A stretch of DNA of 64,000 bases from Guillardia theta CCMP2712 (taxonomy: Eukaryota; Protista; Cryptophyta), in contig NW_005434665.1 in NCBI RefSeq assembly GCF_000315625.1, positions 74,969-138,968 on the forward strand, given 5' to 3'. Positions within the stretch are counted from its first letter, which is position 1. Every line of letters starts with the position of its first letter. The position numbers were made by a program, and so were the translations under genes. The notes under the pieces are model-generated. The model did not search any database. It saw only the letters and a list, made by a program, of their open reading frames with translations, and was not told the DNA's origin. This document shows positions 28,686 to 41,460 of this stretch, piece after piece.

Positions 28686-31118
28686 TTATGACCCTTTCAT
28701 TTCGAAATATTTGAGCACTTGTTGTCGATTTGCCCATCGTCCGAAGAAGGAGTTCTGCAGTGCCTCATATTTGGTGATGAACTCCTTGCTGCGAAGTCCT
28801 GGAACAGTCGCACGAAGTTTTATGTTCTTGATTAAGCAGGCGTCAACGAACAGGCATAAGCCTTCCGAATACCTGTACAGTCGTTAACTACACAAGTACC
28901 TCCAAGCGTCGGTACTTACTCTTGCCGAGAAAGCGATGGACTGTTTTCTTCCACGATATGCTTCTTGAACTCGAAGATGGACTTCGCATCGTAGAGCTCT
29001 GAGGTGTCAAAGAATGGTCTACCAAGAAGGAGCTCGAGCGTAAGCATGCCAACGCTCCAAACATCAGAAGCAAAACCGCACTCGAGCCCCAACAGTCTTT
29101 CAGGCGCCATGTACCCATACCTCCCAGCGAATCTTTGTGACTGCGAGGTCTGCGTCTTAGAACTAAACCAAAATCCACTCAAGCGAACTTCTCCCGATCG
29201 CAAGACCAAGAGGTTGCTTGGATGAATGTCATTGTGTATCCGCATTTTCCTCGAGTGAAGGTAGTCGAGAGCGTGCAGCACTTGCCGAAGAATGATGGAG
29301 ACATGCTGCTCTGGCACATTGCCTTTGACGTTCAGGATCTCGTGCAGGTATCGCCCGCCTCCATCGTCCAAGACAAGCATGACCTCCAGCCGGTTGAGGA
29401 AGGCATCCACCACTTGCACCCCCGTGTGCGGAACACTCGTAATCGAAGATTCCAGATCATGCAGACCGTCCAAAGAAGCAATCAACATGCGTCTTCCCTC
29501 TGACTCTGTGATCTTGAACTTGTGCACAGTGTATGTGCGGGCACCATCTATTGAGCGAGCTCTGTGACTTGTGAATCCTCTGGTTTCAAACAGCTCCTTC
29601 CTCTCATACTGGCAATGAACGTTCCAAGTGTCAATAAAAGAGAATGGACGAGCACTGAATGAATTACCTGCAGGTCTTGCAAAGTAATGTACAGTCCTCT
29701 CTTTACATTGAACTCTTTCAGTTGCACGAAACTTGACGGGCTGAGGATTCCATTCAGGGAAAATACGTAACCCGCTTTCTTCAGCAAGGGGTTTCCTTCC
29801 AAATACGAGAACTCAAAGTCAGAAGATTTGGGGAGCAGCTTCAGTTCCAGCTGAATTTCCTGTGAAGCGTTGCTGTTGATAAAATGGCTTGTCAACCTGG
29901 ATAGGACAATTTTTTCTCCCCCAGCTTGCAATACAGAAGACAAATCCACAAACGATGATCCCATCTCTGAAATCGTAAATGAATCACATAGAAGACAACG
30001 AGTTAATGAAAACTCACGCTGTGCATTTGCAAGCTCATCTCCTTGCTTCGGGTCAATCTTCTGGTAAAGTTTGATCGACATGAGAATTTTGAAGATGTCG
30101 CCTGTGAGATCGAACTCGTAGTTGTGCTCCGGAATCTAAGAAAGAGTCACGTTCCTTCCCTTGAACATTTCATGTTGTTGCAGATCACCGAAGACGATTT
30201 GAAATTTTGCATGTGAATAGACTTTGTCACATGGGACTGAGAAGCTCCATCCAAGGTCCCGTCGACAGAGAGAGAAACAATTACATTCCTGACCTCCTCA
30301 ACCTACCAGAAGAGAGTTTCACATCAGTGTGTCAAACATCTCCTTCCATTCTTCTTGTCACCTCATCTTCTCCGTCTCCTGCAAGGTCATTGAAACCGAG
30401 CTTCACACTGAGAATCTTTGCTATCAACGTGTAGTAGGAATGACTCGAAATGGAGACGTTCGTCTCATCCATTGAGTTCATGCTCTGCAAGGAAGACAAC
30501 ATCTTGTTGTGCTTCATCATTTTGACCCTCCTGCACATCTACTTCAGTTGAAGCTAATCCGCATTTAGCAGACAATTGAAGCAATGTAATACGTCGGAGC
30601 AATCAAATCTTTTCTGTCGTGTAGGAAATGGTTCACATTGCTAAAGTTCTTCCTTGTGCTTCCTGTGAGATCGAGTGTAAGGATCTTCTCAACCGTTGAG
30701 CAACTTCAGAGTACGATGTACCAGCGGTGAAAGGACGTGATCTCCTTTGATCCAAGTGCTGCTGCTCTGCATGAACTGATCTTGACGGCCTCGAAGTCTG
30801 AGGGCGATTCCACTTTCTATCTTCAGCATGCGCACTGGCTGCAGCGGGAGCATGGTCCATCCAATGATTGAGCGACCGTGACAAGTTGAGCGGGTTGGAG
30901 CGATGGTAAACTTCCCTGATCCGTGAAGCAGCTTCAGCACTGCTCTTGCTCCTATTGGAGATGCGAGGAGATATGAAGTTCACCAGCCCATGGTTCGCGC
31001 TCTTGGCACGGTTCGGACGTCTGATGCTCTCGTAGTCTCTTCCTCCCATCCAAGCAGGAGTCTCCTGCAGCCTCTGCTTCCTCTGCTCCAGCAACGACCG
31101 CATCTCCTCCATGGTCAT
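28686..31118 (-). CDS. MAP kinase kinase (STE7)-like probable pseudokinase with long N-terminal extension, multi-exon
   Basis: HNDIHPSNLL, VRLSGFW, FAGRYGYMAPERL, SDVWSVG; joining of 5' exons (30633-31118) is inferred. Confidence 0.75.
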
Positions 31119-31448
31119 CGAGCCAACGGAAGCCGGGTGTCCGTCGGGTCTCTCGCTTTATCCCCACCTGGTAGGCCCGGCGGCCCGCGGCAGCTCCGAC
31201 GGGCCCGGCGACTCAGTGAAGGCTCATCGGCCCGGGAGGCCGGGAGGCCGCAGTCACGGCAGGGCCAGGGCAGTGGGCCCCCGGAGGCGAGCCTGATGTC
31301 CGATGTTTTATCACCTTGTCAGACCCACCCATCACCTTCGAAGGAATCACCCCGTACTACCCCACTTTATCCTTGTATAATGGGGGGTTCAGGACTACCG
31401 TACCCCCAATTTTCCTGGGCCTCGTCTCAGCTACAATCCAACACGAAC

Positions 31449-33722
31449 ATGCTGGGCGAGGAGAACGGCTCTGCGCACCCTTCGTTCTTCTGTCCCATGA
31501 GCAGGCAGGTGATGACAGACCCGGTCACATGCTGCGATGGTCTCACCTACGACAGACCGCACATCGAAGCATGGCTCCAAGATCATGACACTAGCCCTCT
31601 CACTAACGCTCGCCTTGCCAGCAGAACACTGGTCCCCAACATCGCTCTGCGCAATGCGATCGAAGAGTGGCAGCAGCAGCAGCAGGGTCATTTGAGAATC
31701 GTTCCGAGGCACGATATCACATTAGGAGAGCAGCCGATCTCAGCGGGCTCCTTCAAGGCGGTCTACAGAGGACTTCTCAAGGTCTTGATTGAGGGAGACG
31801 GGGCCAGGAGGGTGCCAGTGGCCGTGCTCAAGATCAGGTCGACAGGCAATGGGGAAGAATTGCAAGGTCTGCATCGAGTTGGACGTCATCCTCGACTCGT
31901 CAAGGTCATGGGGCTATGCGAAGGGCCGGGCTTCATGTTACTTCCGATGGAGCTTGCCGAGCGCGGATCACTGAAAGACGCCTTGGGCCGGCTGGAGGGT
32001 CAGGTGTCGCTGCAGCACAAGCTGGTTATGATGCAGCAGATCGCACAGGGGATGGGGCATCTGGCAGAAAACGGTATAGTCCACAGGAAGCTGGGAGCGC
32101 ACAATGTGCTCCTGTTCGGCTTTGACCCGAACGATGTGCGGAAGACTTCAGTGAAGGTGACAGACTATTTCCTTCCCGAGGAGCATCAGAACCGCACTCA
32201 TGGCAGGGAGGCAGCACTAGCTCTGCCGATCCGCTACATGTCTCCTGAGGTGATCCAGGGAGGAAGCTACTCGGAGAAGAGCGACGTTTGGGCGTTCGGC
32301 GTGACGTGCTGGGAGGTCCTGACTTGTTGCAAGACCCCTTACTTGAGCATCTTGCAAGATGACAAGGTGTCTGAGTACGTGTGTGGAGGAGGGAGACTCA
32401 AGAGGGAGGACATTGTGGCTGGGTGCCCGCAAGAGAGCTGGGAACTGATCGAGAGCTGCTGGAGTGAGCTTCCAAACCATCGTCCGACGTTCTCAGCGAT
32501 TCTGATGGACCTCGGGAGAGCCTGTGAGGATCAGAGGACAGAGGGAGGAGTCGTGCAAGCTCTAACAAGGATGGCGGCAAGTGTCATCAGGGCGGTCGCA
32601 GGAACGTTGGAGGCTGTGGGTGGAAGGAAGCGAAAACGCGAGATTGAAGAACAAGAGGCGGAGAAGCGAGCAAAGGCAGAGGCAGCAGCAACGATCGATG
32701 CGGTCGTGACGAGAATGGTGCAAGCCGAAGACAAAGCAGAGGAGCAAGAGCTGGGGTGTGCAACGATAGGGAACATCCCGCAGAATGACCGTGACGGGAT
32801 TCGAAGGGCAAGAGAAGCAGGAGGAATCGAGACGGTGGTGACAGGGATGATGCGGCACGAGGAACATGCAGGGGTGCAGAAGCAAGGGAGCACGGCATTG
32901 TGGAATATGATGTCCATCGACGAATACGAACATAATGGAGATAAGGTCAGAGAGGTGGGAGGAGTGGAGACTGTTGTGAAGGGCATGGTGCGGCACGAGC
33001 AGCATGCGGGTGTACAGCAGGAAGGATGCAGATTCTTGTGGGATTTCGTAACGAGCGAAGTCAACAAGGTGGCGGTGAGAGAGGCGGGGGGGATCGAGGC
33101 AGTCGTGAGGGGGATGGTGAGGCACGAAGAGCATGCTGGGGTTCAGAAGCAGGCGATCAGATTCTTCCGACGGATTGCCCTGCATGTTCGCGAGAATGAT
33201 GTGAGAATGAGACAGGCAGGAGCTATCGAGGCGGTTGTGCAATCGATGGTGCGACATGCCGAGGACGCGGAGGTGCAGGAGGAAGGGTTCGGAACCTTGA
33301 TGAACGTCATGGCCAACGATGAAGAGAACCACCAGAGGCTAAGAGCGGCCGGGGGGATCGAGGCCATAGTGAATGGCCTGCAGAGGCATCAGCAAGTGCC
33401 ATCCTTGGCTAGGGCTGCAATGCTTGCCATCTGCACTATGATGGAGCGACCGGAGCAACTAGAGTACAACGAGGAGAGGTTCAGAAACGCCGGAGGGATC
33501 GAGCTGATCGGGAGTGTGATGCTGAGGTACGAGGGCAACTATCCGATGTGGTGCTGGGGATGCCGTATCCTGCATGCATGTTTGACGCAGAGGCCCGAGA
33601 ACTTGCGTCTCATCGAGGGACTCGTTCATTTGATTCAGCAACTTGCGGCAGCAAATCAATCCGGCTATGGCCCGGTACCTGCTCTGCTCCAAATCATCAA
33701 CCATGGAATTCACCAGCATTAG
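31449..33722 (+). CDS. U-box + tyrosine-kinase-like (pseudo)kinase + armadillo-repeat protein, intronless
   Basis: U-box FFCPMSRQVMTDPV..TYDRPHIEAW..TSPLTN..LVPNIALRNAIEEW; kinase PIRYMSPE, SDVWAFGV; about 6 ARM repeats AGGIE.VV.GM.RH. Confidence 0.92.
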   Translation: MLGEENGSAHPSFFCPMSRQVMTDPVTCCDGLTYDRPHIEAWLQDHDTSPLTNARLASRTLVPNIALRNAIEEWQQQQQGHLRIVPRHDITLGEQPISAGSFKAVYRGLLKVLIEGDGARRVPVAVLKIRSTGNGEELQGLHRVGRHPRLVKVMGLCEGPGFMLLPMELAERGSLKDALGRLEGQVSLQHKLVMMQQIAQGMGHLAENGIVHRKLGAHNVLLFGFDPNDVRKTSVKVTDYFLPEEHQNRTHGREAALALPIRYMSPEVIQGGSYSEKSDVWAFGVTCWEVLTCCKTPYLSILQDDKVSEYVCGGGRLKREDIVAGCPQESWELIESCWSELPNHRPTFSAILMDLGRACEDQRTEGGVVQALTRMAASVIRAVAGTLEAVGGRKRKREIEEQEAEKRAKAEAAATIDAVVTRMVQAEDKAEEQELGCATIGNIPQNDRDGIRRAREAGGIETVVTGMMRHEEHAGVQKQGSTALWNMMSIDEYEHNGDKVREVGGVETVVKGMVRHEQHAGVQQEGCRFLWDFVTSEVNKVAVREAGGIEAVVRGMVRHEEHAGVQKQAIRFFRRIALHVRENDVRMRQAGAIEAVVQSMVRHAEDAEVQEEGFGTLMNVMANDEENHQRLRAAGGIEAIVNGLQRHQQVPSLARAAMLAICTMMERPEQLEYNEERFRNAGGIELIGSVMLRYEGNYPMWCWGCRILHACLTQRPENLRLIEGLVHLIQQLAAANQSGYGPVPALLQIINHGIHQH

Positions 33723-34805
33723 TTTGACTTCAGTCATCGTTCACATGATTCTGGGAGGCTGATTTCCGCGTTCGGATCAATGAATGCCGTATGAACTTGA
33801 CCGTTTTTGACGGAACATTCAACAGACGGTAGCGGTGGCTAACCGGCGATTGCCGTCAAGTTCACGCGGCGCTGCCGCCTGCCCCCCGCCCGATCACAAT
33901 GATCACTCAGTCACCGTCCGATCGCCGGTCCGATCCACTGTCCCCCCCCGGCGCGCCGGGCGCGGCGACTGACGGTCTCGGACAGGCTCGCCGGGCCGAG
34001 TCACCCGGCCGCGGCGGCCTCGGGCGCGCGGCGACCGTCGGGGGCCGATCCTGCCGGGCACCCGCCCTCAGAAACTTGCCAAGTTGTAAAGGCCGCTGAG
34101 GTTAGAAATCATTTCGGAAGTTCCGTGGCCGCAGTGATAGCATGGCAAGGTGACAACTGGCAATCAGTGGACGGTCCCGGGGCCTCCGAGTCTCGGGCGG
34201 CACGGGAGTCTCGTACGGTCATGGCGGCTGAGTGCTTTCGGACCGAGTCACACGAGTCACCGGGGCGGGCCCGGGCCCGGCAGCCTGTCGGATCATGACT
34301 CCGGCGGATTCAATGACCGTGACCTGCACTGCACGGGCCCGCGGCCGCCCCGGTCCGAGCCGCCTTGGAGCCTCAGTGATCATGAGTCACATCCGAGCAT
34401 GACAGAGTCAGTCACTGAGTGATGCGGCGCCGGGCCCGGGCCCGGCGCGGCCGTCAGCGGCCACCGCCGTGTGACGGTGTCTCCGTCACGGTGGCACTGT
34501 CAGCTCGGGCGGGTCACCGGCGCCCTCACTGCCAGCAGGCCCCCGGACCGTCCGATCATCGGATCCCACTGCCGGTCACCGGGTCGGATCGCCGTGCGGT
34601 GACCGTCCGACTCAGGGTGAGCTGCACTGACCGTATCATGCCGGATCATCGGATCTGATCCGATGAGTCAATTGCCGCCGGCCCGGGTCCACTGATAAAT
34701 ACGTTATTACACGCCAATTCAAAAAATCGTGTGACGGATCCATCCGTCCCCTGATTGGTGGGGGCGATACTGAGCAATCCATGAAATGCAAGCTGGGGCA
34801 CGCAG

Positions 34806-34807
34806 GA

Positions 34808-34840
<33 letters not shown>

Positions 34841-34845
34841 TGATA

Positions 34846-34882
<37 letters not shown>

Positions 34883-34945
34883 GGAGGAGGAGGAGGAGGA
34901 GGAGGAGGAGGAGGAGAAGGAGGACGAGGATGAGGATGAGGAGGC
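34806..34945. repeat. Compound (GAC)n(GAT)n(GAG)n microsatellite
   Basis: Directly visible. Confidence 0.95.
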
Positions 34946-34976
34946 ATGTGGCAAGAAGATGTTAGTTGCAAGAAGA

Positions 34977-37094
34977 ATGTCGTCAAAGGAAGAGGTATAT
35001 AAGTTCGTGTGGAACTTAGATATCACGAGACAGACTTGGTGAATCTGTGTCGTTGACGTGTTGAAAAACGATGATGAGGTTGAGAATCTTGAGAGCCAGT
35101 GGACATAGAGGAGGTAAAGAAACAAGGAAAGGAAGAGGAGGGAGAGGGAGAGGGAGAGGGAGCAGGGTGGGGGGTAAACAGTGAGAAGGGGGTAAGAGGG
35201 AGCAAGAGAAAAGGGGGAGAAGGGGGGAAGTCTTCAATGTGTTGCCTTGACTTCAATGTCAAAAACAACTTTTGATGAAGCAGAAAGATGAAGGGTTTGC
35301 CAAGTTCATATCACAGTCTTATTACATGTTACCAAACTGACCTGTTTGTTGTTTCAGGGAGACATGTTGGAACAATTAGGAGAGTCAAGCTTTGAGGGAT
35401 TGAACGATTTTTTCGGCACGCCTGAGGTCATGATTAGGCGCAGGACTCGAACGTCATGTAGGTTGAGTAGCTCTGGTTCAAACACTGACTGTCTGATGTG
35501 TAGGTGAGATTATGAATGGATCATGCCAGTCCCCGTTAAACAACAGCCGATCTGCTCTGCGAGAGGTGAGGAGAGAGAACTACCAGTGTGTTGTTGTGCA
35601 TTGCATCTCTTTCATTGATGTCGTTGGTTGTTGTTGATTGCTTCTCTCTCACAGATCACCAACCTGTCTGCACGATCTGCTCCTTCCTCAGCTCTCAGTG
35701 TGAAGCATGAGGAGAGCAGCAGAGACAGGTTCCCTTGCGACGCCTCTCCCTCTCCCTCCTCCTGTGGCGATCGCATGTGCATTGATGAAATCACCCACGA
35801 ATTCGCCGGGGACGAGACGAGGCCAAGGGAGGAGGAGGAGGAGGAGGAGGAGGAGGAGGAGGAAGGGAGGCAAGAGCGGGAGGAGGACGCGAGTGAGTGT
35901 CTGTTCAAGACGCTCAAGGCGTTGGAGGCCTCGCTATCCGGTGCTCCCTCCCCTCCCCATCTTGAGTCAGTCTACCAGAAGATCCTGATGGAAGCCCTGC
36001 ACCGCCTTCCCCGGACACCCATGAGGAAGGAGGAGCTGAAGGGTGGGCTCAAGGAGGAGGAAGCACTGTGCAGCGAGTCGCAGGTGAAGGTGCTGGAGGA
36101 GGAGCTGAAGGAGGAGAGGAAGAGGAGGAGCGAGGTGGAGAGGCAGTTGACAGCGCTGTCGGAGAAGACGTCATCCTGGAACGGTGCAAGCAGTGCCAGA
36201 GCTCGGGAGATGGACCGGCTGAGGGAGCAGCTCAAGACGCAAGACAGAGTCATCCAGGTGCTCTGCAGGAAAATCCCCTGTAAGGAAGTTCTGGAGAGTG
36301 TAGCGCAGTCGAGAGGAGAAGAGGAGGAGGGCACCACGATGCAAGTCATGGTCCCCATCCTCGAGGAGAAGTCCTTCTGCTCCCCCGAGACCAGCACCCT
36401 CGTCAGGATCACGCAGGAGCTCTGCTCGCTGCGAGAGCAGGAGAGCGACAGACAGGAGCTGGAGGAGGAGGTCCTTGCGGCAGAGAAAAGGTGCGAAGAC
36501 CTCGAGAGGGAGAGGAAGGATGTGTGCGAGTCGAAGAGCATCATCAAGCGCCTTCAGGAGGAGCTGTCTGCTTCCTTTGTTAGCATGCAGGAGGAGGTGC
36601 CGGGAAGTGCCTCGGTGACGAGAACGTCGAAGCTGCTCGAGGACGCTCTGGCTGACCTTGACAGGCTCAAGACTTCTCCTCTCTCCGCCTCCCTCCGATC
36701 TTCGGTCAACAGGAGCTCCGTGATCGAGGAGGAGGAGGAGGAGGAGGAGGACGACAGTGTGGCTCTTGGGGGGACCAAGGCCTCTTTCCTCCCACCTGCC
36801 TCCCAGTGCGAGTCGCTGGCAGAGGAGTGGGAGAAGTGTTGGTACGACCCCGAAGACCAGGAGGAGGAGGAGCATACAGGGTTGACCCCGCAGAAGAAAT
36901 TTGGAGACGTAGAAGTCGCGCCTCAGCCTCCAGCGGCAGCGGCAGCGGCAGCGGCAAGAAGAGGAGGGAGGGGAATGTTGACAGTCATGGTTCGTTGGAC
37001 CCTTGAGATCGGTGTTATCATCCTCCTCCTCATCTTCGCTGATTTCTTCCTCCTCGCTGGCTCCTCGTCCGGCAGACTACCATCGATCGTGTGA
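34977..37094 (+). CDS. Acidic coiled-coil protein with C-terminal transmembrane anchor
   Basis: Long last exon (about 35654-37094) with heptads and tail IGVIILLLIFADFFLLAG; small 5' exons inferred. Confidence 0.7.
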
Positions 37095-37234
37095 TCCTCC
37101 TCCCCCTGCAACTCACTTGGCAAGCAGACGAATGTTGAAATGTCATTGAAAACCTTGAAAAAAATTCTCCTCTCCTCTCCTCTTCTCCTGCTCATCCTCC
37201 TGCTCATCCTCCTCTTGTCCATCGTTGTCTGCTT

Positions 37235-40200
37235 TCATTCGCATCGCCATCCTTTTGGTCGAGGCTTCAGTCTTGAGTCCTTCATCTCTCTTCCCCAAAC
37301 TTTGACCTGAGAATAGTTAGCTGAATCAGCTACTCCTCCTTCCTCTCCTCCCGCTCCTGCTTGCTTTCTCCCTACTCTTCTTGTCTGTCCCTGAGCTCCT
37401 GCCCCAGCCTCTGCCCCTACTCCTGCTAGTGCTGCCGCCGCTGCCGCTCCTCCTCCTCCTCCTCCTCCTCCTCCTCCTCCTCCTCCTCCTCCTCCCTCGC
37501 GTCACCTGCGGGTTGCTGTGCCCGTTGAGGAAGATGTCGGTGATTTGGGCGCATCCTCGAAGATAAAGTTCTCGCAGGTTATGGGCCTCGTCAACGAGAT
37601 TACCCAGACCCTGGAAAGTGCGTTGAGAGAACAACAAGATATGGAGAGATGTAGAGGAGATGATGGTAGAAGAGAAGATGGTAGAAGAGGTATCAGTGTA
37701 TTAGTGATGAAGAGTGTTTCAAGGATTGTGGAAGAGATTACAACCTCATCGGTGATTCCTCTGCACCAAGACATGTCGAGGTATTCCTGTTCTTGTAGAT
37801 CAGTCGAGAAGCAGTAGACGCAAGAAACATCAAGGATAGAAGGAAGAGTTGAAGAGGTGAGAGATGCGGAGCGAGGATGGTGAGCAAGACTGGAGGAGGA
37901 GGGGGGGGAGGAGGAATGGATGGGGGTTGGGCAAGGGGGGAAGGAGGAGGAATGGAGGGGCGGGGAGGAGACCAGAGTCTTGGTAGAGTGCTGGTGGAGT
38001 GCGAGGAGCGAGGCGTCGGTGATGCTGTAAGTTGTGACTTGAGAATCTTCATCCAAGATCGTGGAGCCAGCGGAGTTGAGAGTCAAGCGAGTCAACGAGC
38101 AGCAGCGAGACGCGATGGCCTGAACTCCTGCAAGCCAAGATCAGCTTGTCCTCTTCCTCCCTCTTTAATCTGATCCCTCCTCTTCCTCTTTCTCACCCTC
38201 GTCCTCGTCTACCTGCGCCCCCCAACCCCCCCATTCCCCGTTTTTTACCCTCCCCCCCCCCAATGAATTCTTCCGCTTCTCCATCTGTCCCTCCTCGAGC
38301 CCCACCTTCATCCCCGATACACTTGCAGCGAGAGAAGTCGAGCTCCAGCAGGTGCGGACAGCCCTGGCACAGCTCCTTCACTCCCTCATCGCTGATCGTC
38401 TCGACGTTGCGGAGGACGAGCCGCGTCAACTTGCGGCACTTGCGTCCGAGGTAGGACAAAGAGGCATCTGTCATCTTGCAGCTGACTGGCTCCGCTGAGA
38501 AGCCCGAGTCCGGGAGAAAGCTGGAGAACGAGGAAGTCAACATGCATGTAGGATAAAGGGGGGGGAGCAGAGGGGAGGAAAGGTATGACAAGAAGGACCA
38601 GGCCAGAGAAAGAATCGGCGGAGACAGGCAGAGTAGGGAGTGAGAAGGAGATGGAGAAAAAGGTGGCAAGGCAAAGAGGGGTAGGAGGGGATTGCACGGA
38701 ATTGAGAGGGAGACCTCAGGTCCAGCTCAGTCAAAGTTTCTCCGCAGGAGTCTGCGATAAGCTCGACGATCGTGTCTGACAACCCGCGGCAGCCCGACAG
38801 GTTCAGCCTCTTGAGGTTCTTCAAGGCGCCAAGCTGGGGTTGAGCTGGGGTCAGCAGAACAGCTCAAGATTTGGGAGGCAGACCTGCAAGAAGGCCTCGG
38901 CATCGAGCTGGGAAGAGTTTTTGAGAGAGAGAGATTCCAGAGTGTCGGCAAGGGAGGAGATGGAGCGGAGGGCGCAGATGGAGATGTTAAGACAGTCGGA
39001 GAGCTCGAGAACTCTTAGCCTGCGGCAGAGTGAGATGATGAGGATGCGGAGGAGGAGAATAAGGACTGGGAGAAGTGGAGAGGAAGCAGAGGAGCAGAGA
39101 CAACGAGGCGAGGAGAAGGGATGGTTGAAGGAGACTGCACGTCTACATCATATCATCCCATGTCATCACAAACAGATCACTTTAAACATCCTCTCATTAC
39201 ACTTGATCTCACCTTGGCAATGCCTTGACGGCACTGGAAATTCCCGCATCCGACAATCTGTAGCAGCCTCCGAGGATCTGGAAACAAGGAATGCTCACAA
39301 CCTCTCACAACCTTGTTTGATCTTCTCTACCAGCGTGTGGAGATTCAAAGAGTTCTTACAGACTTTCTCCAGCAATCTGTCGCTCAACGCACGGCCGCAG
39401 TAAACCAAATTCAAGACCTCGAGCTCCGAACCCTAACGAGAACAATGAGGGAACAAGGGAACAACAGTTTCAGCCATGGTCGCAACAAACGGTTGCAGCA
39501 AACAATGAAATGATGCAAGCGGAAACAACGACAGATTCAGGGTAGAAAGCAATCGATGGGAAGAAAGAATTGACACAAGAACAAGTGAAAAGAAGAAGAA
39601 GGGATAAGTGAAGAAGGGATAAGTAATTCAACATTTCTACCTGACATCGTTCGAAGGCTTTCTCCAGATCTCCTTCTCCTATCTTGCTGCAATCCGGCAG
39701 AGCGAGAATGGATGTCTCCTTATCAGTGAAGATTGGAAGGATCTCTGGAGACAGCTTCCTCTTTTTACCCAGCAATTCGCAAATTTTTGCCTGTTCACTT
39801 CGATCAAAAGAAAGCATTCATTGAACCAGCGGACAACACAAACGGCAACTTGAAATTCGATGCATTGACAAAGAGTACAGAGGATAGTCAGCTCCATTAC
39901 CTTCATCTCCGGCAAGATACTTCCAAGGCCAAACTCGAGGCAGGCTTCGATATGCGTAGCTACAACATCGATGCACATATCCTGTAGGGATGGACAACCT
40001 GCCTCGACAACCTTGGAACATCTGTTGGCCTTGGGGGTCCACGAGACAAGCTTCTCTGTCTGGTTGTTTGCCGTCTTGAGGGCTTCAGCTACAGCCGAAC
40101 GCCTCTCGTATCTGAGCAAGCTGGTCACATGCACCAACACCATCCCTCTCACTTACAGCTCCGAGGCCGTAGACCATGGTCCCGGCCAGGACTCGCGGTT

Positions 40201-41215
40201 TGTTGTTTCAGGAGCCGCCGCTTCTCCCTCCTGATCGTTGTTCTGTACCTCTTCCCTCCTCTCCCTCCTCCCGCCCCTGGCTGATCTCCTCGACTCCGTA
40301 TCCCTCCCCTCATCATCCTTGAACCTGAGCCAGCCGTTTGGTCAGCAACAAGACAATCGGCAACAAGCACGTACCCCTGTCCTCTCGCAAACGCTGCTGC
40401 TCGGCTTTCGGCTATCTCTCGATTCCGCCGCTTCCCAAGGGCCGTGGCTCCTCCTTGATCAGGTTCGACAGCAGGGGTTCTGTTAGCCGGTGCGCTGCTT
40501 TCTCTGCTGCTACGACTCGTAGTCCCCATGGGCAGGTTGCCTTCTCCTGTCTTGGCAGTCTTCTCGCTACCTCCTTGACTTCCTTCACTCAAAGACAGAT
40601 TCCTCCTCTTTGCTCTCGTCTCCTTCACAGGAGTGTCGCTGGCGCTTCTTGAATCGTCCTTGGTGCTCGTCGTGTCGTTCTCGTTGGGGACTTCAGGATC
40701 AAACACGAACGTTCCATCCAACTCTGACTGCGGCCTTGTGATCCCTGCTTTCTCTAGATACGCTCCAACGTCACCCGTAGAGCGCAAATAACTTCCATCT
40801 GGCGCGACATAAACTATACTGACTCGCCTGGTTTTGTACACGAGGCGAACAAACTCAATCCCATCAATCTGGAAAAAAACAGAAAGAATGAGCCAAGGAA
40901 GTCAGATGACAATCAAGGGACGTTACTAACGAGAGGAATCAAGAAATGACTACATCATCGACATCTTTCGACTATCACGAACATCTCGAGGTGATCTTCT
41001 TTCCCACAAAATCGACTTCCTGGGCCGGGTTTCTCAGCATTCCTTTGTACTTGACAATCCCTTAACTCGCCTTACCACCGCAAACAGCATGGAATGCTTC
41101 TTCTATCGTTCTCCTCTCCTCGTTTGCTCCTCCTCCTCCTCCTCCTCCTCTGTTCCCCACTTCTCCCTCCCTCCCATTTCCACTTATTACTCACCGCTAC
41201 GCGTGTTGCCGCCAT
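37235..41215 (-). CDS. Rad7-like LRR protein with N-terminal MBD-like domain, multi-exon
   Basis: IVYVAPDGSYLRSTGDVGAYL (MBD-like); PSLQDMCIDVVATHIE..LGSILPEMK|AKICELLGKKRKL (Rad7 BC-box region); Cys-containing LRRs (LNLSGCRGLSD, LDMSWCRGITD, LRGCAQITD). Confidence 0.8.
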
Positions 41216-41340
41216 TTCTTGCTGGTACCGTTATCATTAGCAACGGAATAGAATTTACCCACATCCACCCTACGGCCCATATCTTTCAGGCCAGCGCAGG
41301 GCCAGCGTCCCTCCGATAAAACGGAGGGATGCCTCCCGTC

Positions 41341-41388
41341 AAAAAGAGTTGTCCAACCTCGGAGCCAGACGGCCCCTTAGCCAGCCGG
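41341..41388 (-). ncRNA. Conserved 43-nt tRNA 3' extension plus T5 terminator, third copy (1 substitution)
   Basis: 42/43 identical to the other copies; sequence beyond the T-run is unrelated. Confidence 0.45.
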
Positions 41389-41460
41389 TAGCGAAGGTTG
41401 GTTTCGATCCAACGACCTCGAGGTTATGAGCCTCGCACGCTCCCACTGCGCCACTTCGCT
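41389..41460 (-). tRNA. tRNA-iMet: Initiator tRNA-Met (CAT)
   Basis: Identical to the copies at 25631 and 27338. Confidence 0.96.

Noticed and set aside
30990-31448. N-terminal 150 aa of the 910-aa ORF
   Set aside because: Runs through a GC island and a TACCCC tract and overlaps the opposite-strand gene; the real start is probably 31449.
33899-34658. R/P/G-rich ORFs in the GC island
   Set aside because: Stop-poor because of base composition; no domain or splice structure.
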